Shown: positions 27,329-35,514 of the stretch, piece by piece | How positions within the stretch are numbered: the stretch's first letter is position 1 | Layout: every line of letters begins with the position of its first letter | DNA from: a virus | IMG/VR virus record: IMGVR_UViG_3300045988_173425 | Coordinates: 32,001-96,000 of that record | Strand: one strand, 5' to 3' | Length of the DNA stretch: 64,000 nucleotides | The notes under the pieces: generated by a model | Told to the model about the DNA's origin: nothing | What the model saw: the letters and a program-made list of their open reading frames with translations, nothing else | Database searches by the model: none | Translations under genes and position numbers: made by a program

Positions 27329-29092
27329 ATGAAAGAAATTATCAACTACGGCGAAGCGCGTCGCCAACAGATTCTCAAAGGATTCACCAACATCGACGAG
27401 GTCGCTGAAGAAGCGCCGATCGAAAAAGCGCGTCATGGCGTATACGCTGACAACGCCCAGAATCGTCGCCTCCAGCGCGTGGGACAGGAATACGGTCACG
27501 CCGCCAAAGAAGACCCTGAAGCAGGTCAAGAAGGCAACGAGGGTGTACCTGAAGGCAACGTGAGTCTCCAGAACCACGCTCGTCAGGCTTCCGAGGAGGC
27601 GCTGGTGAAAGTAGCCAACGACCCGTCGGCTGATGCCGAAATGCGCAAGGTGGCTACCGCTGAACTCGAACGGCGCGGCGTGAACGTTCGTGCCAAGAAC
27701 AAGAAGGGCGACCAGTCGCTGCGTAACGGTCTGGCTGACGGCGACGCCAAATCGGCTTCTACGTTTGAGTCGATGGGCTTCCGTCAAATGGACGACCGCG
27801 ATCTGGAGCAGTACGCCGGAGTGGAGGACGCTTCTCACGCTTTCATCAAGCAGGTAGGTGGTGACGAGGACGGCTTCGATCTGGTAGTTACCAAGACCAG
27901 CGAAGGATATCGCGTCGACAAATACCCCTACGCTGACGTGGACAACTTTGAGTCCGTGACGGTGAAGGAAATCGGCGACGTTGAAGGCGCTGCGTCGAAA
28001 TTCGGCGATCCCGACGCTAAAGGAAAGGGTGGAAAGGCTGACGCCAAATCGCTCATCGACAGTTTCAACGAAATGGCCGAGGGTAACGCTGACTTTGACG
28101 CCGAGTCGTTCAAATCCTTCGTCAAGGAAAAAGGCGGAAAGGCCGTGAAAGAACTGGCTGATGCTATTCGCAAGATGCCCAGCGAGGCTGGTCAGAGTGA
28201 TCTCGCCGACGACGAAATTGTCGATATGATCGAGAATATGTTCGAGGAGGCCGACACGCGTGTACCCAAGGAAGCCAAGAAGGAACTCGACAACCTTCGT
28301 GGGTCGGGTGAAAGCGTTCTTGCCAAGTGGGACGCCTATACTTCGGAGTCGGGTGAAGACGATGACTTCGGCGCAGCGCTCGAAAGCCTCATCGACAACA
28401 AGGGCGAGGCCAAGGCCATCAAGGAACTGGCCGCAGCCATGAAAGCAAATCCGGTTGATACTGGCGGTGTTCAGTCCGACGCTACGGACGACGAAATTGC
28501 CGACACCATCGCCAATATGTTCGAGATGGCTGGCGTGAAGGTATCGAAGGACGGCCAGAAGGAACTCGACGCGCTGATCGGCGGTGAGGAGGAAAGCGCC
28601 ACCAAGCAAGGTAAGAAGGCCGATGCTGCCGCCAAGGCCGAAGTGAAGAGTGCCGAGAAGGGCAACAAAGCTACAAAGTCTTCGTCTGAGAAGGATAACG
28701 CTGCGGCCGATAAATTCATCAAGAAAACCGGCAGAGGGGCTGATCCGGCTGAGTATGCCAAGATGATCGCCAAGAACCCCGAAGGCATTGCCCGCGCTCT
28801 GAAAGCAAGGATCGCATCCGGCGACAAAGAGGCCCAGCGTGCTGCTTTGAGCCTCAATTCGCTTACCGATCCGCAGTCGCGTGACAAGGGCGTCGGCCAA
28901 GAACTCCTCAGCCATCCTGAGTTGAAGAAAATCGCTGACGAGCGTCAGGCTGCGCGCGATTCGCTTCGCGGGGAGTATGATCCGGAAGAATACCGTAAGA
29001 AGGTTGACGCGCAAATCGAGGTAATGAAACGCACCAACAAGGAATTCGTTGACAAGTTCCTCGAAATCTACGCCAGTAACACCGAAGAGTAA
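27329..29092 (+). CDS. acidic protein with internal ~92-aa tandem repeat
   Basis: ATG after promoter copy 4. The two repeats share KAxKELAxAxxxxPxxxGxQSDxxDDEIxDxIxNMFExAxxxVxKxxxKELDxLxG. The 607-aa antisense ORF is judged a shadow. Confidence 0.7.
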   Translation: MKEIINYGEARRQQILKGFTNIDEVAEEAPIEKARHGVYADNAQNRRLQRVGQEYGHAAKEDPEAGQEGNEGVPEGNVSLQNHARQASEEALVKVANDPSADAEMRKVATAELERRGVNVRAKNKKGDQSLRNGLADGDAKSASTFESMGFRQMDDRDLEQYAGVEDASHAFIKQVGGDEDGFDLVVTKTSEGYRVDKYPYADVDNFESVTVKEIGDVEGAASKFGDPDAKGKGGKADAKSLIDSFNEMAEGNADFDAESFKSFVKEKGGKAVKELADAIRKMPSEAGQSDLADDEIVDMIENMFEEADTRVPKEAKKELDNLRGSGESVLAKWDAYTSESGEDDDFGAALESLIDNKGEAKAIKELAAAMKANPVDTGGVQSDATDDEIADTIANMFEMAGVKVSKDGQKELDALIGGEEESATKQGKKADAAAKAEVKSAEKGNKATKSSSEKDNAAADKFIKKTGRGADPAEYAKMIAKNPEGIARALKARIASGDKEAQRAALSLNSLTDPQSRDKGVGQELLSHPELKKIADERQAARDSLRGEYDPEEYRKKVDAQIEVMKRTNKEFVDKFLEIYASNTEE

Positions 29093-29310
29093 TGCCCTAC
29101 AACGCCAAACATACACACTTCCTTCCGTCGCCATTCCCCACCGTTACTCAATACGAGAACCAATTCATTAAGGAATGGAACGCCAATAACGCCGCGGCGC
29201 TCGGTGATGTCTTGAAGTACATCGCCGACGCTACGGCTGCGGCGGTTAAAGAACTAAACGAGGATGAAACAAAGAAAGGCAATTTGGGCCATACCGTCAA
29301 CGAAAATTGA
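29092..29310 (+). CDS. hypothetical protein
   Basis: ATG overlapping the upstream stop. 72 aa. Confidence 0.45.
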   Translation: MPYNAKHTHFLPSPFPTVTQYENQFIKEWNANNAAALGDVLKYIADATAAAVKELNEDETKKGNLGHTVNEN

Positions 29311-29773
29311 AAAGATTTGGAGCGTCGGTACGATAATCGCTGGTAACAGCGCGTTGGAAAAAGAACCGCCGTATCCGGTGTGGGTTGTTACCCGCATTAG
29401 GGACGAAAGAGGTCGGCCGAAGTACAACGTCGGTACATTATCGCGTATTGCTGACGGTAAGTGCGAAGTGAAGGTGTACCCCTCTGATGTATCGATCACG
29501 GTGTCGTTACAACCCGACGAAGAAATCCGCCTTTGGCCAGACACCGATTGGTTTTTGAAGAAGATGTTTGACGAAGACGCCGTCAAAATTAAAGACTTCG
29601 CCGAACTCCTCAAGGGCAGCGTCGTTATTGTCAAGGTACGCACTGAAGCCGGATTCAGTTACAGAGTAGGAAAAGTCGTTAAACTCACCGACACCGCTGC
29701 TGAAATCAACCTCAACGACTGCGTGGTTATCTTTAAGCGCGGCCATGAATCAAAGGTACGATTATGGAAGTAG
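29264..29773 (+). CDS. hypothetical protein
   Basis: ATG start with a 47-nt overlap to the upstream ORF. Two beta-rich halves. Confidence 0.5.
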   Translation: MKQRKAIWAIPSTKIEKIWSVGTIIAGNSALEKEPPYPVWVVTRIRDERGRPKYNVGTLSRIADGKCEVKVYPSDVSITVSLQPDEEIRLWPDTDWFLKKMFDEDAVKIKDFAELLKGSVVIVKVRTEAGFSYRVGKVVKLTDTAAEINLNDCVVIFKRGHESKVRLWK

Positions 29774-30360
29774 ACGAAATCACAAGGACCTTTCACGAGG
29801 CCAGTAAATACCGCAACGATCACTTGCGAAAGGCCATTGGCTGTTTTCAAGGAAACACTTTGACCGATGATGCGCTTGAAAAGGCGAAGAAGCATCAGGT
29901 GAATGACGTGAAGCCAGATGACCCGAGATACGTTTGGACTGAATACACTTCAGGAAAATTCGGATGGAGGCTCCGGAAACCTGTTCTTTCTGTTCCTCTC
30001 ACGGCCATAAAGGGAAACATTACCAAGCCGATGAGGACGAAATATCCGTTGAGTGTGTATGCTTCGCCAGTATTGGAAGCGATTAGAAATTATGCTTTGA
30101 ACGTTATCAACAATCCAGTCGTGTACACCGATGTTCAGTTGTCGAACGCTCAAGGATGGTTCGATAGCGTTGATAAGGAATTAGAGGAACGTCGGCGACA
30201 GAAAGAGGCTAAAAAAGAAGCCCGTCGCGCACGTCGGAAGGCTGATGCAATTCGCCGTTCTACAACTTATTACGACGGAGGTGTACCGGGTACAGCGAAA
30301 CACGAAGGGGAATTCGGTAAGAAACTCGCTCAAACGGGCGAACACAACGAAAAAGATTGA
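29764..30360 (+). CDS. hypothetical protein carrying the shared VWTEY..GKFxWR motif
   Basis: RYVWTEYTSGKFGWRLRK matches PWVWTEYKPGKFNWRVDK in 33760..35511. Confidence 0.55.
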   Translation: MEVDEITRTFHEASKYRNDHLRKAIGCFQGNTLTDDALEKAKKHQVNDVKPDDPRYVWTEYTSGKFGWRLRKPVLSVPLTAIKGNITKPMRTKYPLSVYASPVLEAIRNYALNVINNPVVYTDVQLSNAQGWFDSVDKELEERRRQKEAKKEARRARRKADAIRRSTTYYDGGVPGTAKHEGEFGKKLAQTGEHNEKD

Positions 30361-31292
30361 TGATTTTTAACAACCGCCAAATAGACGACATGGTCGGTAT
30401 TCTCCGGCGTTGGCAGTATCTCTTTATTGCCAAACACGTCGGATTGGACTACCTTACGCAGTCTGAAATTGATATCTTGGTAGCGTCGGGAGTCAACGTC
30501 GATAAGTACAAGAACTCAAAGGGTATCATCGAACACGCTTTTTTGTTTGGAATCTTGGCTGAAGCAATCGGTGACACACGCGCCAAGAAGATGAACTACA
30601 AGCAGTTTCTCCAGTTCTTGAAATCGGGGAACTTCGTTCCGCTCACCGAACAGGAAGAAAACGCGCTGAACTACCTCAAGAACCGCGCCTATACCGACAT
30701 CACGTCACTCGGCAACCGGATCGTCACCGGAACGCGCAACGCAGTACTCAAGTCGAACTTTCGCCAGCAATCGGCAATACGTCAGCAAATCAAAGATAAG
30801 GCCATTCAAGCCGTTCAACTTCGTAAGGGAGCGCGGTATATAGCCAGCGAACTGGGGAACCTTACCCAAGACTGGGGACGCGATTGGCTGCGTATTGCGT
30901 ATTACCTTCTCCACGAAGCCTACAATGTAGGTCGCGCTGAAAGTATTTTCAAGCAACACGGTCCTGATGCCAAGGTGTATTTCGACGTTTACCCCGGCGC
31001 GTGTGCTAAATGCCGCGAATTGTACTTGGAAGACCCTGAAGACCTCAACTCAAAGCCGAAACTGTTCCGCTTGGCAGACCTTATTGCCAACGGTAACAAT
31101 ATTGGACGCAAAGTGGCTGAATGGCTCCCGACGATTGACCCAACGCACCCCTACTGCCGGTGTACGATCAACTTCGTTCCTGACGGCTTCGAATGGGACC
31201 CCGCAACACGCGCCTTCACCAAGCCAGTTAAGCGTCAATTCAAGAACCCAAAGTTAAAGAACGTGAAACTTAACATTAAAGTTACCAAATAA
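30360..31292 (+). CDS. MuF / SPP1 gp7-like head morphogenesis protein
   Basis: Track ORF starts on TTG at 30357; the ATG at 30360 overlaps the upstream stop. C-terminal CAKCRELY...DPTHPYCRCT matches the MuF HPxCRC signature. Confidence 0.7.
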   Translation: MIFNNRQIDDMVGILRRWQYLFIAKHVGLDYLTQSEIDILVASGVNVDKYKNSKGIIEHAFLFGILAEAIGDTRAKKMNYKQFLQFLKSGNFVPLTEQEENALNYLKNRAYTDITSLGNRIVTGTRNAVLKSNFRQQSAIRQQIKDKAIQAVQLRKGARYIASELGNLTQDWGRDWLRIAYYLLHEAYNVGRAESIFKQHGPDAKVYFDVYPGACAKCRELYLEDPEDLNSKPKLFRLADLIANGNNIGRKVAEWLPTIDPTHPYCRCTINFVPDGFEWDPATRAFTKPVKRQFKNPKLKNVKLNIKVTK

Positions 31293-32251
31293 TGAAAAAC
31301 AAAATCGTACAAGACCCCCCGTTTACCATGCAGATCGAGCCGACCGAGGGGTGCAATCTGGGGTGTTCGTTCTGTGGTCTTCACGGTATGCGCGAAAAAG
31401 GGACTAAACCGTGGAATTTCATGACCGTTGAAACCGCCGAGCGTATTGCTTCGGAGGTGGCACGCGTGGGGTGGAACTGTAAGTTCGTGTTCGCTATGCA
31501 CGGCGAGCCGACGCTCAACCCCGCGTTCATCGACATCGTGGCTACGTTCCGCAAGCACTTGCCGAAGGCTGTGTTCCATATGTACAGCAACGGCTACGCC
31601 ATGAACCACGCTGCTGACACGTCCGAGTACCTCGACCGCCTGTTCGAGGCCGGCATGAACGACATACTGGTAGACTGTTACACAGCCAACGGCGACTGGA
31701 ACTTCGTCGAGAAGATCGACGTTGAAAAGTACAACGTCGTCACGCTGGAACCGGGCGTTCCGTACTACTATCCCAAGCAGGGGCGCCGTATCTGCCTGCT
31801 GCCGCCTATCGCCGAAGACGATACCAACAAGATGACGCGTCGTCTGGCCAATCACTGCGGTGCAGCGTTCCCGCTCGACGATTCGTTCAACAACAAGCGC
31901 TGCACCTTCCCGTTCCGTGAACTGGATGTGCGCTGGAATGGCCAGGTGTGTCTGTGCTGTGACGACTTCCGCGGCGAATATCCTATCGCCAATATCCACG
32001 ATATGCCTATCGAGGACCTTTGGAACCATCCGCGTTTCCACGCTGCTCGCGTTATGCTGTACAACAACGACCGCCGCTTCCGGCCGTGTCAAGGGTGTAC
32101 ACACGTCAGCGTCCGCGTCGGATTCCTGCCTGACAAAATGGGCAAGAAAACGCTGCCGCCTATTACGCCTGAAATTCGCCGCATGGCTGAAGACGTGTCG
32201 AAGGACGGCCCGTGTGCTGAGAAGATTTACAAACGGCCATGGGAAAAATAA
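31292..32251 (+). CDS. radical SAM enzyme with SPASM/twitch-type C-terminal domain
   Basis: CNLGCSFC (CxxxCxxC), the GEPTLNP SAM-binding motif, and the C-terminal Cys-rich CTFPF...GQVCLCCDDF...RPCQGC. Confidence 0.85.
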   Translation: MKNKIVQDPPFTMQIEPTEGCNLGCSFCGLHGMREKGTKPWNFMTVETAERIASEVARVGWNCKFVFAMHGEPTLNPAFIDIVATFRKHLPKAVFHMYSNGYAMNHAADTSEYLDRLFEAGMNDILVDCYTANGDWNFVEKIDVEKYNVVTLEPGVPYYYPKQGRRICLLPPIAEDDTNKMTRRLANHCGAAFPLDDSFNNKRCTFPFRELDVRWNGQVCLCCDDFRGEYPIANIHDMPIEDLWNHPRFHAARVMLYNNDRRFRPCQGCTHVSVRVGFLPDKMGKKTLPPITPEIRRMAEDVSKDGPCAEKIYKRPWEK

Positions 32252-32919
32252 AGTACCTCTGTGTCGAGCCGCACGCGGGTGATCTCCTGATGAGCGCTTG
32301 TCACGTTTTAGTAGCACCCGAACGTCGTATTCGGGTGCTTACTGTTGATAACACGCCATCGCCGCTCGCTGAACAGCGTAAATTGTACGATTTTCTGGGA
32401 ATCGGCGTGGACTGTCTGGACTTGGAGTTAGAAGATGTCCGTTGTAGCGATTTCAAGACCCATTACAGGGATTATAGCTATGAAAGCGTCTATATGTACC
32501 TTCGTACTAAATTCGGGACTGATGGGCTTAATTTCGCCGAACAAACGCTTCGTGATTATTTGCGTAAGTTTATGCGCCGCAACCCCGGATACACCCTGTT
32601 AGCGCCGTTGGGTGCAGGCAATCCCTTCAACCAGTTTGTACACGATACGGTGTATGATACGGCATCCGGGGCGGAATATTATCGCGACTTTCCGTATTCG
32701 TACACGCGCCGCGGCTGTAGCCAGATTCAAGTCCAGTGCTACGGTAGCGAAAGTTTGTTGATGAAACGCCGCGTTGATGTTGGTGATATGTTCGACGTTA
32801 AGTGGGAACTGGCGCTGCGCTTTTATCCGTCGTTAGAGCCTACGATGAACAAATATCAACGTTTTATAGAACAAAACCCACCCGAGGAAATTTGGTACGA
32901 GGGTGACTTACCGTTTTGA
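32239..32919 (+). CDS. hypothetical protein, possible LmbE/PIG-L-like deacetylase fold
   Basis: The N-terminal LCVEPHAGDLLMSACHVL resembles the PHxDD(E) motif of PIG-L enzymes. The downstream His motif is not clear. Confidence 0.3.
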   Translation: MGKIKYLCVEPHAGDLLMSACHVLVAPERRIRVLTVDNTPSPLAEQRKLYDFLGIGVDCLDLELEDVRCSDFKTHYRDYSYESVYMYLRTKFGTDGLNFAEQTLRDYLRKFMRRNPGYTLLAPLGAGNPFNQFVHDTVYDTASGAEYYRDFPYSYTRRGCSQIQVQCYGSESLLMKRRVDVGDMFDVKWELALRFYPSLEPTMNKYQRFIEQNPPEEIWYEGDLPF

Positions 32920-32921
32920 GT

Positions 32922-33725
32922 ATGAATTGTCAATTCTTCGTCGTGTCCAAGAACCGTCCTAAATGCGTCACGACCAAACTTCTGAAAAAGGGCGGCGTCG
33001 ACTATCACATCGTAGTCGAGAAAGAAGACGTCGAGAAATACGTCGAAGCGGGTCACGAGCGTGAACGCCTTATCGTGCTGCCGGCATCGAATCGTGGCTA
33101 CAGCTATGTAGTCAATTTCTGTAAGAACACCTACCTGCGCGAGGGGCGTCCAGTAGTGGTCATGGATGACGATATCGCCAATTTCTTCTACTCTATTGAC
33201 GGTGAAGCAAAATGCGGGCTTTCGTTGAAAACCCCTGAAGAGTTGGCTGAATTCTTCGAAGAGTTCAACCGCGAAGTCATGGAAACAGACTTCGAGTACG
33301 GGACCATGGGGAAGAGCGCGTTTGACTGGAACTGCACCGACGTCAGTCCTCGCTTCAAATACGGTGGCATCCCTCATCTCATCGTGTTCAAAGGCTTACG
33401 CACGCTGGAACTGGATTTTGACGAAAAGTTGGAGTTAAAGTGTGATATCGACTATTCGTTGAAGTGCATGTACCTCGGTATCGTATACGCACGGTTCGTA
33501 CGCTTTCTTCTCCAGAGTAAGATGAACAAGGAAGCCACCCAAGGCGGCGGTCTTCAGGACGTATACAAGCGTCAAGAGCGTGTACAGCGTGCTCACGATA
33601 TTATCTTGAAGCGTTGGCCGCTTAACGCTCGTGTTGACGAAAAGAAGAAACCCATAAACGGCGTTCCGGAGTTGCGTATTGTGTACAAGAAGTTTGATAT
33701 TGACTTTGACGCTGTAGAAGTGTAG
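32922..33725 (+). CDS. hypothetical protein, possible DxD (GT-A-like) transferase; paralog of 15096..15911
   Basis: Track ORF starts on TTG at 32916; the ATG is at 32922. VVVMDDDIANF and ATQGGGLQDVYK align with the paralog. Confidence 0.35.
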   Translation: MNCQFFVVSKNRPKCVTTKLLKKGGVDYHIVVEKEDVEKYVEAGHERERLIVLPASNRGYSYVVNFCKNTYLREGRPVVVMDDDIANFFYSIDGEAKCGLSLKTPEELAEFFEEFNREVMETDFEYGTMGKSAFDWNCTDVSPRFKYGGIPHLIVFKGLRTLELDFDEKLELKCDIDYSLKCMYLGIVYARFVRFLLQSKMNKEATQGGGLQDVYKRQERVQRAHDIILKRWPLNARVDEKKKPINGVPELRIVYKKFDIDFDAVEV

Positions 33726-33759
33726 GATTCCAAGTATTTATTGGAAAACTGCACAACGT

Positions 33760-35511
33760 ATGTCTGATACTATCCAAAAAGCAAAGCACAACGTCGGCGA
33801 CCACCACCCTACCCAGCCGTGGGTGTGGACGGAATACAAGCCCGGAAAATTCAACTGGCGTGTCGATAAGAACGCCCATTCCAAGTCCAGCGCCGATGCC
33901 GGTAAACAGTCAAGCGAATCGTCGGCCGACACACGCCTTGAAGCGTGGGCCAAGAAGACCAGTGACGACAACCTCCTCAAGGTCGTTAACAATCCTAAAG
34001 GTAATGCCCAATTGCGCCAGATCGCGTACAACGAGTTGAAGTCTCGTAACGTCGATCTTTCGCAGGTTGATACCAGTGGTACGTTGGCTACGCTGTTGAA
34101 GATGACCGTCAAGCAAGACCCCGTCGCGCCTACTGGCACCAAAGCGCAGGTAGATATCAACGACGGCGAGGGCGGTAACGACGACGGTGAAATCATCGAG
34201 GACTGGTTCCTCAATCCTGAAGACCCGCGTATTCAGAAGAAGTTCAACAAACTTCAGAGCCGTCAAGACCGTATCGCCTACGACCGTTTTGTCTACGCGA
34301 TGAAGAAGAAGGACCCCGATTATCAGCCGCCCATCGAAGTGATGTACGACTTGAACCGCCAATATCTGGAGTTCTTGGATAACAAGGAGCAGCGATTCAT
34401 GATCTCGGCTGGCGGTGCTGGTATCGGTAAGTCGTACGGTTTCAAGAAAATTGCTGAACTCCTCAACAAGCGTCCGTTTGACGCTGAAACTGATTCGCCG
34501 GGTGATGGTGACTACGACTATGTTGAGTTGGGTGATATCAACTCCAAGAAGCAGCTGTTGAACGTACTTAAAGCCCACAACGGCAAAATCCTTCTGTTCG
34601 ACGATACTGACTCGGTAATCACTCGCGCCGACCTGGCTTCTATCATGAAGAAGGCTACGGCCGCATCTGGTAAGCGTGTGGTCGGCGATCCTGAAGACGT
34701 CAAGTCGAACTTCGTATTCACGGGCCGCATCATCATCATGACCAACAAGGACCTCGTCAACCTTTCCAAGAACGAGGACACCAAGGCTATTATTTCGCGT
34801 GCTACGCTGACGTCGGAAGTTTATCTCACCGTCGACGAAACGATCGAAGTACTGAAAGACCGTTACGAGGATATGGACATTCCCCAGCAGCCGCATCTCG
34901 ATGACCCCGAGGAAGACAAGCAGGAGCGCAAGGAGTTGTACGATCTTATCGTTAAGAACCGTGCCAAGATTGACCCTGCAAAGTTCACCACCCGTACCTT
35001 TGGCACTATTCTTTCGGAGAAGCGCCTTACGGATCGTGGCAACAAACGTGCAAAACTTGGAGGGCAGTGGACCAGCGTCATCGGCAACAAGCAAAAGGAG
35101 TGGGAACGGGCGGCAGTGCGTGCACTGACGAAGTCACTCGCGTACGAGGCCATACAACCGATCGAAACCTCCGATGAGATAGCCAAGGCCGAAGCCCTGC
35201 TCAACGAAGCAGAATCGCTTGAAAAGGCCGAATTCACCGAGAAGCAGCGTGAGCGTCTTGCCGACAAAAAGGAGGCTCTGCCTGACGGTTCGTTCCCGAT
35301 TCGTAACAAGTCCGACCTGAAGAACGCCATTCGGTTGGCAGGTAACGCCAAAAATCCTGAACGCGCCCGCCGTTGGATCAAGCGCCGCGCCAAGTCGCTC
35401 GGCGCCGAAGACATGATCCCCGACACTTGGAAGGCTCAACAGACAGAACTCGGTGCGTTGCCGGCTGACGATATGTCGATTGAAAAAGCAGAAACCCTTT
35501 TGTTTGGATAA
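33760..35511 (+). CDS. large multi-domain protein with P-loop (AAA-like) NTPase core
   Basis: Walker A SAGGAGIGKS, Walker B KILLFDDTD, sensor-like IIIMTN. N-terminal VWTEYKPGKFNWRV motif. C-terminal ALPDGSFPIRNKSDLKNAIRLAG module. Confidence 0.55.
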   Translation: MSDTIQKAKHNVGDHHPTQPWVWTEYKPGKFNWRVDKNAHSKSSADAGKQSSESSADTRLEAWAKKTSDDNLLKVVNNPKGNAQLRQIAYNELKSRNVDLSQVDTSGTLATLLKMTVKQDPVAPTGTKAQVDINDGEGGNDDGEIIEDWFLNPEDPRIQKKFNKLQSRQDRIAYDRFVYAMKKKDPDYQPPIEVMYDLNRQYLEFLDNKEQRFMISAGGAGIGKSYGFKKIAELLNKRPFDAETDSPGDGDYDYVELGDINSKKQLLNVLKAHNGKILLFDDTDSVITRADLASIMKKATAASGKRVVGDPEDVKSNFVFTGRIIIMTNKDLVNLSKNEDTKAIISRATLTSEVYLTVDETIEVLKDRYEDMDIPQQPHLDDPEEDKQERKELYDLIVKNRAKIDPAKFTTRTFGTILSEKRLTDRGNKRAKLGGQWTSVIGNKQKEWERAAVRALTKSLAYEAIQPIETSDEIAKAEALLNEAESLEKAEFTEKQRERLADKKEALPDGSFPIRNKSDLKNAIRLAGNAKNPERARRWIKRRAKSLGAEDMIPDTWKAQQTELGALPADDMSIEKAETLLFG

Positions 35512-35514
35512 CGC

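Noticed and set aside
27311-29134. 607-aa minus-strand ORF, longer than the + strand ORF it overlaps
   Set aside because: It is the antisense shadow of an acidic GAA/GAC-rich gene, and its translation is Leu/Phe/Val-rich low-information sequence. The + strand ORF starts exactly at a promoter/leader copy and contains a coherent protein repeat. The same reasoning applies to the minus ORFs 6639..7475, 17403..18083, 19601..20203, 31235..32317, 33910..35094, 42243..43052, 48795..49916 and 63250..63879.
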